A stretch of 64,000 nucleotides of DNA from Desulfosudaceae bacterium (GCA_963674745.2 CAXXDV010000003.1:1984001-2048000), one strand, 5' to 3'; positions 20,341 through 30,784 are shown, numbered from the stretch's first letter. The notes: a model not told the origin generated them from the letters alone. Translations and numbers: made by a program.

Positions 20341-22017
20341 TTAGCGGCAATATCCTTGTGCTTTAACCATTTCCAGTATCTGACATTCTTTTAAGGCACA
20401 TGCCTTTTTCGCATCTTCACACCCTGAAGTTAAATTACCCAGTTTAAAATATACACAAGCCCGGTTTTTGTAAGCCTCGGCGAAGTTCTTTTTAAGACTG
20501 ATGGCTTTGCTGTAGTCTCTGATAGCCAATTGATTGTTGTTCACATAATCGTAAAGAACGCCCCTGTTGTTGTATGCGTTCGCAAAATTTAAATTCAGCG
20601 TAATGGCTCGATTAAAATCATCAAGAGCTTTCTGATACTGGCACTCTTTCAAGTAAATAATTCCCCTGTTATTGTACGCATTGGCATAATAAGGATTTAT
20701 CAGCAAAGCCTGGTTATGATGATAAAGCGCTCTTGCAATCTCGCCTTTATTTTTGTAAGCGACGCCCAGTTTATCATGAGCCATATAGTTATTTTCCGTC
20801 ACCATAACCGCGTGGCGGAAAAGTTCTATGCTGTTTTTCCAATAACCGCATTGTATCCAGGTTAGAATCGCCAAACTAAAAAGTATTGCTGCTGAAAACG
20901 TAAACAAAATCGTTCCCCGGATTTTTTTGCGTCGAAATAAAAACGCCCCCCCCCAGGAAAGCATGATAGCAATGCCGATAGAAGGTAGATAAGTATAATG
21001 GTCGGTCACCAGTGCATTGGTCGGCACTATTCCGATGACCGGAATTAATGTTCCCAAAAACCAAAACCAGCCCACAAATAAAAACGGCCATTTCCTGACT
21101 GTGTAAAGAACAACAAAAGTTATTCCGATCAAGATAAAACCGGAAAATAAAATATGCCATAAGCGGAAATCAACGTGGTAATAAGAAAGTGTTAAATCCA
21201 CCGGCCGGAATGTCTTTCCAAGGTATATAACATAGGCAACAACGGCGTTGGAAATACGTGAAAGAAAGGACGGATAAGTCGTACCGGCTTTATATTGGGC
21301 CAGGAAAGTTATGATACTTAATAAAATCGACAGGAGGAAAAACGGCGTTTTTTCTTTGATCAGTCTTCCAGCTGAATGGAATACCTGCTTTTTTTCCATC
21401 AATACGTTGTCCCACCGCCCTAGAGGCCAGTAATCAATAATCAAAAAGACAAAAGGCAGGGTGACCATCATGGATTTGGACAGAAGGCTTAAACAAAATA
21501 AGAACAAACATATGATATATCTATAAAAATTGTTTTTCTGCACATAAAAAGCATAAGCGTATAAACTGGCCATTCCAAAAAACAAACTTAACACATCTTT
21601 TCGTTCGGATGCCCATGCCACCGATTCTACCCGCAGAGGATGAAGAGCAAAAAAAGCGGCGGCAAAAGCCGATGACCAGATGTTGTTAGTTGTTTTATTT
21701 AAAAAGAGAAACAGAAAGATAACAGATCCAATATGCAGCAACAGACTGATTATATGATGGCCGGAAGGATTGGCTCCGAACAGTTTCCAGTCCAGCATGT
21801 GAGAAATAATCGTTAGTGGGACCCAGTTTTTTTCAACAACGGCTGTAAATGCCCATCTGATACTTTTCGAATTGATTCCTGATTTAATAAAATAATTATC
21901 AGTGATGTAACCGGTGTCATCAAAACAGATAAAATCATTACCTGCTATCCGTCCAAAGGCGACAAAATTAGCAACAATTAGCAGTATAATTATGAGGTAA
22001 GTATATTTATTATTCAT
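20341..22017 (-). CDS. TMTC-like membrane glycosyltransferase with C-terminal TPR repeats
   Basis: FICFDD, FALHPLRVESVAWASERKDVL, LLSKSM, DHYTYLPSIG, repeated AYNNRG TPRs. Confidence 0.8.
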   Translation of the reverse strand: MNNKYTYLIIILLIVANFVAFGRIAGNDFICFDDTGYITDNYFIKSGINSKSIRWAFTAVVEKNWVPLTIISHMLDWKLFGANPSGHHIISLLLHIGSVIFLFLFLNKTTNNIWSSAFAAAFFALHPLRVESVAWASERKDVLSLFFGMASLYAYAFYVQKNNFYRYIICLFLFCLSLLSKSMMVTLPFVFLIIDYWPLGRWDNVLMEKKQVFHSAGRLIKEKTPFFLLSILLSIITFLAQYKAGTTYPSFLSRISNAVVAYVIYLGKTFRPVDLTLSYYHVDFRLWHILFSGFILIGITFVVLYTVRKWPFLFVGWFWFLGTLIPVIGIVPTNALVTDHYTYLPSIGIAIMLSWGGAFLFRRKKIRGTILFTFSAAILFSLAILTWIQCGYWKNSIELFRHAVMVTENNYMAHDKLGVAYKNKGEIARALYHHNQALLINPYYANAYNNRGIIYLKECQYQKALDDFNRAITLNLNFANAYNNRGVLYDYVNNNQLAIRDYSKAISLKKNFAEAYKNRACVYFKLGNLTSGCEDAKKACALKECQILEMVKAQGYCR

Positions 22018-22198
22018 AGACCTTAATGCACGATTGTCAGAATACCAGCAAAAGGAGTCTTTTCTTCTTATCCGTATTTTTTCATTTAAACCGGCAATTC
22101 ACGCAGAGACTAATTCACCTAACTTATTATGATGATGAACCAAGCGTAAAACGTTTTTTAAGGCGAGTAAAACAAAAAGAAGAAAAGCTGACTAAACC

Positions 22199-23992
22199 TT
22201 ATTCATCCGTTTTCAATACCGCAAGGAAAGCGGACTGGGGAATGGCCACCTTGCCCACGGTCTTCATCCGCTTCTTACCCTTTTTCTGCTTCTCCAGGAG
22301 CTTGCGCTTACGGCTGATATCCCCGCCGTAGCATTTGGCGGTCACGTCTTTTCGCAGCGGTGAAATGGTTTTTCGGGAGATGATCTGTGAACCGATGGCA
22401 CCCTGGATAGCAACCTTGAACATCTGCCGGGGGATCTCGTCCCGGAGCCTTTCGCAGATCTGACGGGCCCTTTCTACAGATTTGCTGCGGTGGATCAGTT
22501 GTGAAAAAGCGTCCACCTTTTCACCGTTGAGCAGAATATCAACTTTGACCAGGTCGGCTTCCCGGTAGTCCTTGACCTCATAATCAAAAGAGCCATACCC
22601 CTGGGTAACCGTCTTCAGCCGATCATAAAAGTCATAAACCACTTCGGCCAGGGGCAGCTCGAAAATCATTTCCAGCCGGTTGCCGGTCAGGTAGTGATAG
22701 GTGGTATTGATTCCCCGCCTTTCCAGGCAGAGATTCATGACCGCCCCCATGTAACGGTCCGGTGTCATGATCGAAGCCCGGATATACGGTTCCCGGGTGA
22801 GCTCGATTCTGGTCGGATCCGGATAGGCATCCGGATTGTCGATAAACTCGACGCTGCCGTCATGAAGCGTGATTTCAAAACGAACCGACGGTGCGGTTAC
22901 AATCATGGAAATATCATATTCCCGCTCCAAACGCTCCTGAACGATTTCCAGGTGCAGCAAGCCCAGAAAACCACAGCGGAATCCGAAACCCAGGGCAGCA
23001 GAGGTGGTTTTCTCAAACACCAGCGAGGCATCGTTCAACTGGAGTTTGTCCAGGGCGGTGGCCAGTTCCTCATAATCATCCGAGGCAATGGGGAATAGGG
23101 AAGAAAAGACCATGGGCTTGGCTTCTTTAAAACCCGGCATGGGTGCCGCGCATCGATTTTTCTTCAATGTAATGGTGTCCCCGGAACGGGTGTCGCTGAC
23201 GGTCTTGATACCGGCAATGATATAACCGACCGCTCCGGCGGAAAGCTGCTTGACCGGTTTGCGCGTAATCTGAAAAATACCGACCTCCTCCACCTTGTGA
23301 ACCGCTCCGGTTGACATGAGCAGAATCTCGTCCCCGGCCTTGACCGTACCGTCAAACAGGCGGCAGTGAATGACCGTGCCGCGATAATCATCATAATGGG
23401 AGTCAAAAATCAGGGCCCGCAACGGTGCCCCGGGGTCGCCCTGGGGCGACGGTAACCGGTGAATAATGGCTTCCAGGACCGCCTCTATACCGATATTGGC
23501 CTTGGCCGAAATCTGCAGGGCCATAGCGGAATCCAGGCCCAGGTCATCTTCGATTTCCTCCAGTACCCGGTCCACATCCGCTGCCGCAAGGTCTATCTTG
23601 TTAATCACCGGAATAATTTCCAGGTCATGTTCCAGTGCCAGGTAAAGGTTGGCCATGGTCTGTGCTTCCACGCCCTGACTGGCATCAATCAGCAGCAGCG
23701 CCCCTTCGCAGGAAGCAATGGCGCGGGATACTTCATAGGAGAAATCCACATGCCCGGGGGTATCGACAAAATTCAAAGTATACAGCTTGCCGTCTTTGGC
23801 CCGGTATGGCAAAAGCACGGTCTGGCTTTTGATGGTAATGCCCCGTTCTTTTTCGATGTCCATACTGTCAAGTATCTGGTCATGGAAATCCCTGGCCGAG
23901 ACCAGTTCCGCTGTTTGAATAAACCGGTCACTTAAAGTCGATTTGCCATGATCGATATGCGCGATAATGGAAAAATTTCGAATCTCTTTCAT
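22199..23992 (-). CDS. lepA: Elongation factor 4 (LepA)
   Basis: IRNFSIIAHIDHGKSTL, DTPGHVDF, GFRCGFLGLLH, KCYGGDISRKRKLLEKQK. Start at MKEIRN (23992). Confidence 0.98.
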   Translation of the reverse strand: MKEIRNFSIIAHIDHGKSTLSDRFIQTAELVSARDFHDQILDSMDIEKERGITIKSQTVLLPYRAKDGKLYTLNFVDTPGHVDFSYEVSRAIASCEGALLLIDASQGVEAQTMANLYLALEHDLEIIPVINKIDLAAADVDRVLEEIEDDLGLDSAMALQISAKANIGIEAVLEAIIHRLPSPQGDPGAPLRALIFDSHYDDYRGTVIHCRLFDGTVKAGDEILLMSTGAVHKVEEVGIFQITRKPVKQLSAGAVGYIIAGIKTVSDTRSGDTITLKKNRCAAPMPGFKEAKPMVFSSLFPIASDDYEELATALDKLQLNDASLVFEKTTSAALGFGFRCGFLGLLHLEIVQERLEREYDISMIVTAPSVRFEITLHDGSVEFIDNPDAYPDPTRIELTREPYIRASIMTPDRYMGAVMNLCLERRGINTTYHYLTGNRLEMIFELPLAEVVYDFYDRLKTVTQGYGSFDYEVKDYREADLVKVDILLNGEKVDAFSQLIHRSKSVERARQICERLRDEIPRQMFKVAIQGAIGSQIISRKTISPLRKDVTAKCYGGDISRKRKLLEKQKKGKKRMKTVGKVAIPQSAFLAVLKTDE

Positions 23993-24022
23993 TATGGTAC
24001 TCTCGTAAAAAGTCAAAATTTG

Positions 24023-24146
24023 GATGGCAAAGTAAAAAGTTCAAGATCAAGGCGCGCAAATCCTGAGGAATGCAGCGTACATGGGAGTACGTGAAATTCC
24101 GAAGGATGCAGCGCAACGAAGATATTGGACTTTTTACGAATCCATC
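24023..24146. repeat. Palindromic intergenic repeat / MITE-like element, copy B
   Basis: Ends GATGG...GTAAAAAGTTCAAGATC / GATATTGGACTTTTTAC...CCATC. Core closely matches 50578-50698. Confidence 0.8.
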
Positions 24147-25076
24147 TCATCTGGTCATTACCTTTAAATACAGATCACCCGTTGTTCCATCGGCCCTTCT
24201 TTTACCAAGTCCGGCCAGCCGCAAGGTTGAGCCGGGTTTGATGCCGGCCGGCACTTTTACCCGGTAAAGCCGGGATTGAAAACCCCAGGGAATATTTACG
24301 GTTTTAGTGGTTCCGGTCAGCGCTTCCACACTGGTAATGGTGATATTCCCATACAGATCGTCATCATTGGCGCCGCCGCCGGGGCGGATCACTTGCAGGC
24401 GGGGCGTCGTCTTTTTCGAAACCGCTTGCCGGTATCGGTTTTCAGAAATTTTCTCCGGACCGACACTGAAAAATTTTAAAAATGCTATCCCGGCGACAAA
24501 TCCGCCCACATGGGCCCACCAGGCGACTCCGGTAGCGCCGGCAGTCGTGGATGCGGCGTTCAGCAATTGAATGACAAACCATACTCCAAGCAGAAAAAAA
24601 GCCGGGATTTCAATAAAAAGCGGGATAAAAAAAAGCGGCACCAGGGTCAGCACTCTGGCATGGGGGAACAGCACCAGGTAAGCGCCCATCACGCCGGCGA
24701 TAGCCCCGCTGGCGCCCACGATGGGAACGGGCGAGCCGAGATTCAGCATCAGATGAGCCAGGCCGGAGGCTAATCCGCACCCGAGATAAAATATCAGGTA
24801 TCGTGCCGGTCCCAGCCGGTCCTCGATATTGTCACCAAAAATATACAGGAACCACATATTTGAGAGCAGATGCCAGAACCCGCCGTGCAGAAACATATAA
24901 GAAAAAAGCGGGATAATCTTCACCTGTGCCGGCACCAGGCCGAAATGATGAAAAAAGGCCTCCCTGCTGGCGCCGTAAAACAGCTCCAGAACGTAAACAA
25001 TTATACAGACCGCAATAATCGTGTTGTTGACGACAGGATGGGTTTCCGAAGGGTTAATGTCACGAATCGGTATCAT
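24147..25076 (-). CDS. Rhomboid intramembrane serine protease with DnaJ C-terminal-like tail
   Basis: MIPIRD, FLHGGFWHLLSNM, FGDNIED, GASGAI, WWAHVGGF; tail VKVPAGIKPGSTLRLAGLG...GDLYL. Confidence 0.88.
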   Translation of the reverse strand: MIPIRDINPSETHPVVNNTIIAVCIIVYVLELFYGASREAFFHHFGLVPAQVKIIPLFSYMFLHGGFWHLLSNMWFLYIFGDNIEDRLGPARYLIFYLGCGLASGLAHLMLNLGSPVPIVGASGAIAGVMGAYLVLFPHARVLTLVPLFFIPLFIEIPAFFLLGVWFVIQLLNAASTTAGATGVAWWAHVGGFVAGIAFLKFFSVGPEKISENRYRQAVSKKTTPRLQVIRPGGGANDDDLYGNITITSVEALTGTTKTVNIPWGFQSRLYRVKVPAGIKPGSTLRLAGLGKRRADGTTGDLYLKVMTR

Positions 25077-25116
25077 GCTATCTCATTTGATAAGCGCGGC
25101 TGATTGACCACACCGG

Positions 25117-25956
25117 TCAGGCACCGGAATCAATGCGCATGCTCAGGTCAACAGCCCTGGCCGAATGGGTCAGGAATCCGGCGGAAATAATATCCGCGCC
25201 CGCTTCTGCAATTTCCCGCAGGTGCTGTTTATCCACGGAACCGGACACCTCTACCATGGCCCGGCCGTTAATCCGTTTAACGGCCTCCCTGATCTGCGGC
25301 AGGTCCATGTTGTCCAGCATAATCACATCCGCTCCAGCGGCAACAGCCTCGTCCACTTCTTCAAATGTGGCGGTCTCCACTTCAATTCGAACCAGGTGGT
25401 GCGTATACGCCCGTGCCCGTTGTACGGCCTGGGAAATCCCGCCACAGGCAACAATATGGTTATCCTTGATTAAAACGCCATCAAACAGACCGATACGATG
25501 ATTGTGCGCCCCGCCGACACGGACAGCGTATTTTTCAAGCATCCGCAATCCCGGCAGGGTCTTGCGGGTATCCACCAGCCGGGCGCCGGTTCCCTTTAAC
25601 ATGTCAACCCAGGAACGCGTCAGGGTGGCGATTCCGGAAAGGTGTTGCAGAAAATTCAGGGCTGTTCTTTCCGCCTTGAGGATTGCGGCCAGATCACCGC
25701 TGACCTCAAACACCCTGGTTCCGGCGTCTATGGCAGCACCGTCACGACAGAGCGCGGTAAACGTCACCCGGGGATCCAGAAGCAAAAAAACCCTGCCGGC
25801 CACTTCAAGACCGGCCAGGACCAGTGCTTCCTTGGCCACAACATAACCGTGCCCTTCTGTGTTTTCCGGGATCAGGGCATCGGTCGTAATATCGCCTGTG
25901 CCGATATCTTCCCGCAAGGCGCTTTCGATAACGATATCAATATTCATATCCATCAT
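25117..25956 (-). CDS. nadC: Nicotinate-nucleotide pyrophosphorylase (carboxylating)
   Basis: EDIGTGDIT, ERTALN, DTRKT, LIKDNH, IMLDN. Confidence 0.97.
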   Translation of the reverse strand: MMDMNIDIVIESALREDIGTGDITTDALIPENTEGHGYVVAKEALVLAGLEVAGRVFLLLDPRVTFTALCRDGAAIDAGTRVFEVSGDLAAILKAERTALNFLQHLSGIATLTRSWVDMLKGTGARLVDTRKTLPGLRMLEKYAVRVGGAHNHRIGLFDGVLIKDNHIVACGGISQAVQRARAYTHHLVRIEVETATFEEVDEAVAAGADVIMLDNMDLPQIREAVKRINGRAMVEVSGSVDKQHLREIAEAGADIISAGFLTHSARAVDLSMRIDSGA

Positions 25957-28622
25957 GGCGCAATACCCATTAATTTATCAAGGGTTGCCTGGAGCTTATC
26001 TTTCCTGTCCAGCAGTGCCTGGTTGTTCTCCCGGGCCTTTTCAATCACGTTTTCCGGTGCTTTTTTCAAAAAATCACTGTTGTTCAGTTTTTTAAACGTC
26101 GCTTCGATGTCCCGGCTGATTTTAGTCATCTCTTTTTCAATGCGTGCTTTTTCCTTGTCAACATCGATAACCCCTTCCAGCAGGACATAAACCGTGGCAT
26201 CCTTAACGACCGATGTAGCTGCAAATTTCGGTTTTTCCGCTGAAGGCAACACGTCAAACGAGCCCAGCCGGGCCAGGTTCATAATCATGTCCCGGTTGGC
26301 GTGTATCTGATCGCGAATGGTATCACTATCGACATGAACCAGCACATCCAGACTTTTTCCCGGGGAGATGTTCATCTCTCCGCGGACATTCCGGATACCC
26401 GTTATCACATCCATGACCAGTGCCATCTCGGATTCCGCGTCCGGATCCTTTTGTAAACCATTGGCCGATTCCGGTGACGGCGGAAATTCGGCTTTCATTA
26501 TCGAACCTTCGGTACCCGGCAGAATCTGCCATATTTCCTCGGTAACAAAAGGAATGAACGGATGAAGCATGATCAGCATGTCCCGCAGCACCCGCCACAG
26601 AACACGTTTTGAAGCCGCCATCCGGATTTCGCTCTTGTTCCCATAAAGATCCGGCTTAACCGCTTCCAAGTACCAGTCACAGAATTCGTGCCATGAAAAG
26701 CGGTATAACGCCCCGGCCCCTTCATTGAAGCGATAATGATCCAGGGCATCGGTCACTTCTTCACGCACGGTTGCCAGTCTTGACAGGATCCACCTGTCGG
26801 CCAGGCTGAGATTATCCAGTTCTCCATCAGCACAGGCATCATCTATATGCATCATGGAAAAACGGGCGGCATTCCACAGTTTGTTAATAAAATGGCGGTA
26901 GCCCTCGATCCTGTTCTCGGACAGCTTGATGTCGCGGCCCTGGGCAGCAAAGGCGGCCAGTGTAAAACGCAGGGCGTCGGCACCATGAACGTCGATGACG
27001 GTGATGGGATCGATCACGTTCCCGGTGGATTTGCTCATTTTTTTACCGTCTTTATCCCGGACCAGGGCATGAATATAGACGTCTCGAAAAGGCACGTCCT
27101 CCATAAAATGAAGCCCCATCATCATCATACGGGCAACCCAGAAAAACAGAATATCGAATCCGGTCACCAGAACACTGGTCGGGAAGTAGGTTTTCAGCAA
27201 CGGTGTGGTATCCGGCCACCCCAGAGTGGAAAAAGGCCACAAGGCCGAACTGAACCAGGTGTCCAGGACATCCTCATCCTGTCTCAAGGCATTGTTTCCG
27301 CAGGCGGTACACGTCTCCGGGGCCTCTTCAGCCACGATTTCCTGCCCGCACTGGTCGCAATACCAGGCAGGGATACGATGTCCCCACCAGATCTGACGGG
27401 AAACACACCAGTCCCGGATATTGTCCATCCATTCATAGTATGTTTTTTCCCAGTGTTCCGGAACGATCATTGTCTTTCCGTTTTTGACCGCCCTGGTGGC
27501 TACTTCCGCCAGTGGCTTGACATTGACAAACCACTGTTTGGACAGATTCGGCTCGACCACGGTATGGCAACGATAGCAGGTACCCACGCTGTGGGTCAGG
27601 TCTTCGACTTTTTCCAGCAGGCCTTCTTCTTGTAGCGCAGCCACAACCGCCTTGCGACAAGCAAAACGGTCCAGTCCCGCAAACCGATCGCCGGCTTCGG
27701 GTGTCATTTTTCCCGTTTCATCAATGACTTTAACCATGTCCAGGTCATGTTTGCGCCCCAGTTCAAAGTCATTGGGGTCATGAGCGGGCGTGACCTTTAA
27801 GGCGCCGGTACCGAATGAAATATCCACGTAACTGTCCTCGATGACCGGTATGATTCGGTCGGTCAGAGGCAAACGGACTTTCCGTCCGGCTGAACCGGCA
27901 TATCGCTTGTCTTCCGGATGCACGGCCACCGCCGTGTCTCCCAGCATGGTTTCCGGCCGGGTCGTGGCCACGACAAAGCCCTTTCCCCCGTCATGTGCGG
28001 GATAACGGATATGGTACAGTGCACCGTTCTGCTCCTCATGCTCGACTTCAATATCAGCCAGGGCGGTGTGGCATCGGGGGCACCAGTTGATCAGATACTC
28101 ACCCCGGTAAATCAATCCTTCCTGGTAAAGCCGGACAAAAACCGTCCGGACAGCCCGGGAAAGGCCTTCGTCCATGGTAAACCGCTCCCGGTCCCAATCA
28201 CAGGAAGCACCCAGTCGTTTCAACTGCCGGATAATCCTGCCGCCATAGTCCCGGCGCCATTCCCAGACACGGTCAATAAATTTTTCCCGGCCCAGGTCGT
28301 GCCGACTCTTTTTTTCTTCCCGCAACTGTCGTTCAACCACGTTCTGAGTGGCGATACCGGCATGATCCGTCCCGGGCATCCAGAGCACGTTATCCCCGAA
28401 AAGCCGCCGATAACGACACAGAATGTCCTGGAGTGTAATATTAAGGGCATGCCCCATATGCAGCATGCCGGTTACATTGGGCGGCGGGATAACAATTGCG
28501 TAGCACCGGCTGTCGCCGGGGTCATCCGGCGCGGCGAAAAGTTTTTCACGTTCCCAGAAATCATACCACCGCTGTTCGACACCTGTCGGGTCATAACCTT
28601 TGTCAAGCAAGTTGGACGTCAT
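25953..28622 (-). CDS. valS: Valine--tRNA ligase
   Basis: PPPNVTGMLHMGH, DHAGIATQ, WCVSRQIWWGH, KMSKS. Confidence 0.98.
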   Translation of the reverse strand: MTSNLLDKGYDPTGVEQRWYDFWEREKLFAAPDDPGDSRCYAIVIPPPNVTGMLHMGHALNITLQDILCRYRRLFGDNVLWMPGTDHAGIATQNVVERQLREEKKSRHDLGREKFIDRVWEWRRDYGGRIIRQLKRLGASCDWDRERFTMDEGLSRAVRTVFVRLYQEGLIYRGEYLINWCPRCHTALADIEVEHEEQNGALYHIRYPAHDGGKGFVVATTRPETMLGDTAVAVHPEDKRYAGSAGRKVRLPLTDRIIPVIEDSYVDISFGTGALKVTPAHDPNDFELGRKHDLDMVKVIDETGKMTPEAGDRFAGLDRFACRKAVVAALQEEGLLEKVEDLTHSVGTCYRCHTVVEPNLSKQWFVNVKPLAEVATRAVKNGKTMIVPEHWEKTYYEWMDNIRDWCVSRQIWWGHRIPAWYCDQCGQEIVAEEAPETCTACGNNALRQDEDVLDTWFSSALWPFSTLGWPDTTPLLKTYFPTSVLVTGFDILFFWVARMMMMGLHFMEDVPFRDVYIHALVRDKDGKKMSKSTGNVIDPITVIDVHGADALRFTLAAFAAQGRDIKLSENRIEGYRHFINKLWNAARFSMMHIDDACADGELDNLSLADRWILSRLATVREEVTDALDHYRFNEGAGALYRFSWHEFCDWYLEAVKPDLYGNKSEIRMAASKRVLWRVLRDMLIMLHPFIPFVTEEIWQILPGTEGSIMKAEFPPSPESANGLQKDPDAESEMALVMDVITGIRNVRGEMNISPGKSLDVLVHVDSDTIRDQIHANRDMIMNLARLGSFDVLPSAEKPKFAATSVVKDATVYVLLEGVIDVDKEKARIEKEMTKISRDIEATFKKLNNSDFLKKAPENVIEKARENNQALLDRKDKLQATLDKLMGIAP

Positions 28623-28801
28623 TTTTCAAAAACTCCATATATCGTCTTTTAAGGATCTTCCATTCATTATCAAAGGTGATATTAATAAAAAAGGGATTAT
28701 TAAAAAATCCCTCTTGGTTTTCAATGCTTTTATGATTTTTTTAAAATGAAATACTCAGTGTGTGTCCGGCAACGGCTGTATGAACATCCAAAAAGGCGGG
28801 A

Positions 28802-30784
28802 TTATTCGTCTCCTGACAATAATTTAGAAAGCTTGTCGATTTCCTGCCGAATGGTTTTTTCTACCATTTGTTCGATCATTTTTTCGAGCTTCTCTGCATA
28901 TGTTTCCCTGATGGCCCGAACCAGGGCGTCTTCGAGTTGCTGTTCGGAAACAAGACCGGCCCCGGCCTCGATGATCTGTTTTTTCACACCTTCATGCCAG
29001 GCATGGATGGTTTCCGATTCAAAATCCGTGGGGATATCTATTTCCCGGCGATTATGTACACGCGCCGAGACTTTCCCTGTTTCCATAATTTTCTTCACAT
29101 CGGCTTCGGCTTCAGAAAGTTCAAAGGCGGTTTCCAGTTCGTTTTCCAGGGAGTTCGAGAATTCACCATTTTCAGCGGCAGGTTCAGTCTCCTGCTTTCT
29201 GTGCTCTCGAGACGGGATCTTGCTGTCCAGACCGCCGGCCGTGATATCCTCGAGTTCAACCGTTTCCGTTAATTCAAGTAACTGATCATCTTCCGGTGCA
29301 ACCGCAGCTGTTTCTTCTTCAGGCACGTCTTCGTCTCTAATGCCCCCGACTGTTTCCGGTATGCCTTCTTCTTCTGCTGATGCCTCAATTGCTTCTTCTG
29401 AGAACAGGCTGTCTTCAGTTAAGTCAAACAGCTCATCGCCGGACGGGCCTTCGGCTTTAACCACCTCTTGGGCTTTTTCACCAAGAATATCCTCAACCGA
29501 GATGGTTTTATCGCATTGTTGGTCATCTATTTCTTCGGCCTCATCATCCAGACCATCCATATCATCAAAGGTCAATTCGGTGGTCTCCGACATTTTCAGC
29601 AATTCATCATCGTCCTCCGCGCTCCCTTCATCAAAAAACGCGTCTTCATCAAAATCATCAATATCCTCGGTCATGTCCAGCAGATCTTCATCTTCTTCCG
29701 ACAAGCCCAGCAGCTCTTCATCTTCGTCATCATCATAAGCAGCAAGGCTGTCTTCATCTTCGACGTCGATCGTAATTTCACGCAGATCGAGGAATTCTCC
29801 GGGCACCTCTTCTTCAGTCAGACCGGCATCAACCGCAGGAATCGGCCCGGTTTCTTCATTGGCCGTGATTGGTACCGCCACCTTATCGGCAACGTCCGTC
29901 AACTCCAGTACGTCTTCAGCGTCGTCGGTCAGTTCCAGCACATCCTCATCCGCCGAATCTTCAAGTTGAATCGCTTCCTCTTCTTCGCCTTCTTCAAGAT
30001 CCAGGGTATCTTCATCATCCCCGGTCAAATCCAGAATATCTTCTTCGGTTTCGTCCGTAAGCTCAAAAACATCTTCATCTTCAGCATCGTCGGTCAGTTC
30101 CAGCACATCCTCATCCGCCGAATCTTCAAGTTGAATCGCTTCCTCTTCTTCGCCTTCTTCAAGATCCAGGGTATCTTCATCATCCCCGGTCAAATCCAGA
30201 ATATCTTCTTCGGTTTCATCCGTAAGCTCAAAAACGTCTTCATCTTCAGCATCGTCGGTCAGTTCCAGCACATCCTCATCTTCTGCGTCATCCGTCAATT
30301 CCAACACATCGTCTTCGGCTTCATCACTTAATTCCAGAATATCATTTTCGTCCTGAATTTCATCGCTCAGTTCCAGAATATCCGACTCGTCTTCCGCTTC
30401 ATGATTCAACTCCAGGACATCTTCTTCGGCATCATCCATCAATTCCAGCACATCATCGTCTTCGGCATCATCCGTCAAATCCAGGACGTCGTCTTCGTCT
30501 TCAACTGTATCGGTCAGCTCTAGCAGGTCTTCCGCTTCATCCTCTTCATCGGTCAAGTCAAAAACGTCCTCATCCGTTTCCGAGGCTCCCGACAAATCAA
30601 TGGCATCCAGTTCATCGTCTTCGTCATTGACAATATCATTAATAGAAATCGTCTCTTCATCTTCAGGCGATCCGACAACAATGGTTCGTTCCGTCATCTC
30701 GAGGATTTCAAGATCATCGTCCGTAGCCATTATGTCACTTATAGGTTCCGGCTTCTTTTTATCGGATTTTTTATCGTTTGCCAT
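28802..30784 (-). CDS. Very acidic low-complexity protein with repeated (D/E)(D/E)(V/I)L(E/D)L(T/S)D motifs and C-terminal helical domain; PopZ-like candidate
   Basis: Long ORF with GGGGG RBS before MANDKK, more than 20 LELTD-like motifs, C-terminus LEDALVRAIRETYAEKLEKMIEQMVEKTIRQEIDKLS. Function is inferred. Confidence 0.7.
   Translation of the reverse strand: MANDKKSDKKKPEPISDIMATDDDLEILEMTERTIVVGSPEDEETISINDIVNDEDDELDAIDLSGASETDEDVFDLTDEEDEAEDLLELTDTVEDEDDVLDLTDDAEDDDVLELMDDAEEDVLELNHEAEDESDILELSDEIQDENDILELSDEAEDDVLELTDDAEDEDVLELTDDAEDEDVFELTDETEEDILDLTGDDEDTLDLEEGEEEEAIQLEDSADEDVLELTDDAEDEDVFELTDETEEDILDLTGDDEDTLDLEEGEEEEAIQLEDSADEDVLELTDDAEDVLELTDVADKVAVPITANEETGPIPAVDAGLTEEEVPGEFLDLREITIDVEDEDSLAAYDDDEDEELLGLSEEDEDLLDMTEDIDDFDEDAFFDEGSAEDDDELLKMSETTELTFDDMDGLDDEAEEIDDQQCDKTISVEDILGEKAQEVVKAEGPSGDELFDLTEDSLFSEEAIEASAEEEGIPETVGGIRDEDVPEEETAAVAPEDDQLLELTETVELEDITAGGLDSKIPSREHRKQETEPAAENGEFSNSLENELETAFELSEAEADVKKIMETGKVSARVHNRREIDIPTDFESETIHAWHEGVKKQIIEAGAGLVSEQQLEDALVRAIRETYAEKLEKMIEQMVEKTIRQEIDKLSKLLSGDE
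29915..30280. repeat. In-frame 165-bp tandem duplication (about 2.2 copies) within the acidic protein gene
   Basis: CGGTCAGTTCCAGCACATCCTCATC recurs at 29926, 30091 and 30256; the 55-aa unit is repeated in the translation. Confidence 0.92.

Noticed and set aside
28623..28801. T-box riboswitch upstream of valS
   Set aside because: No T-box consensus is recognisable; only a terminator-like hairpin is present.
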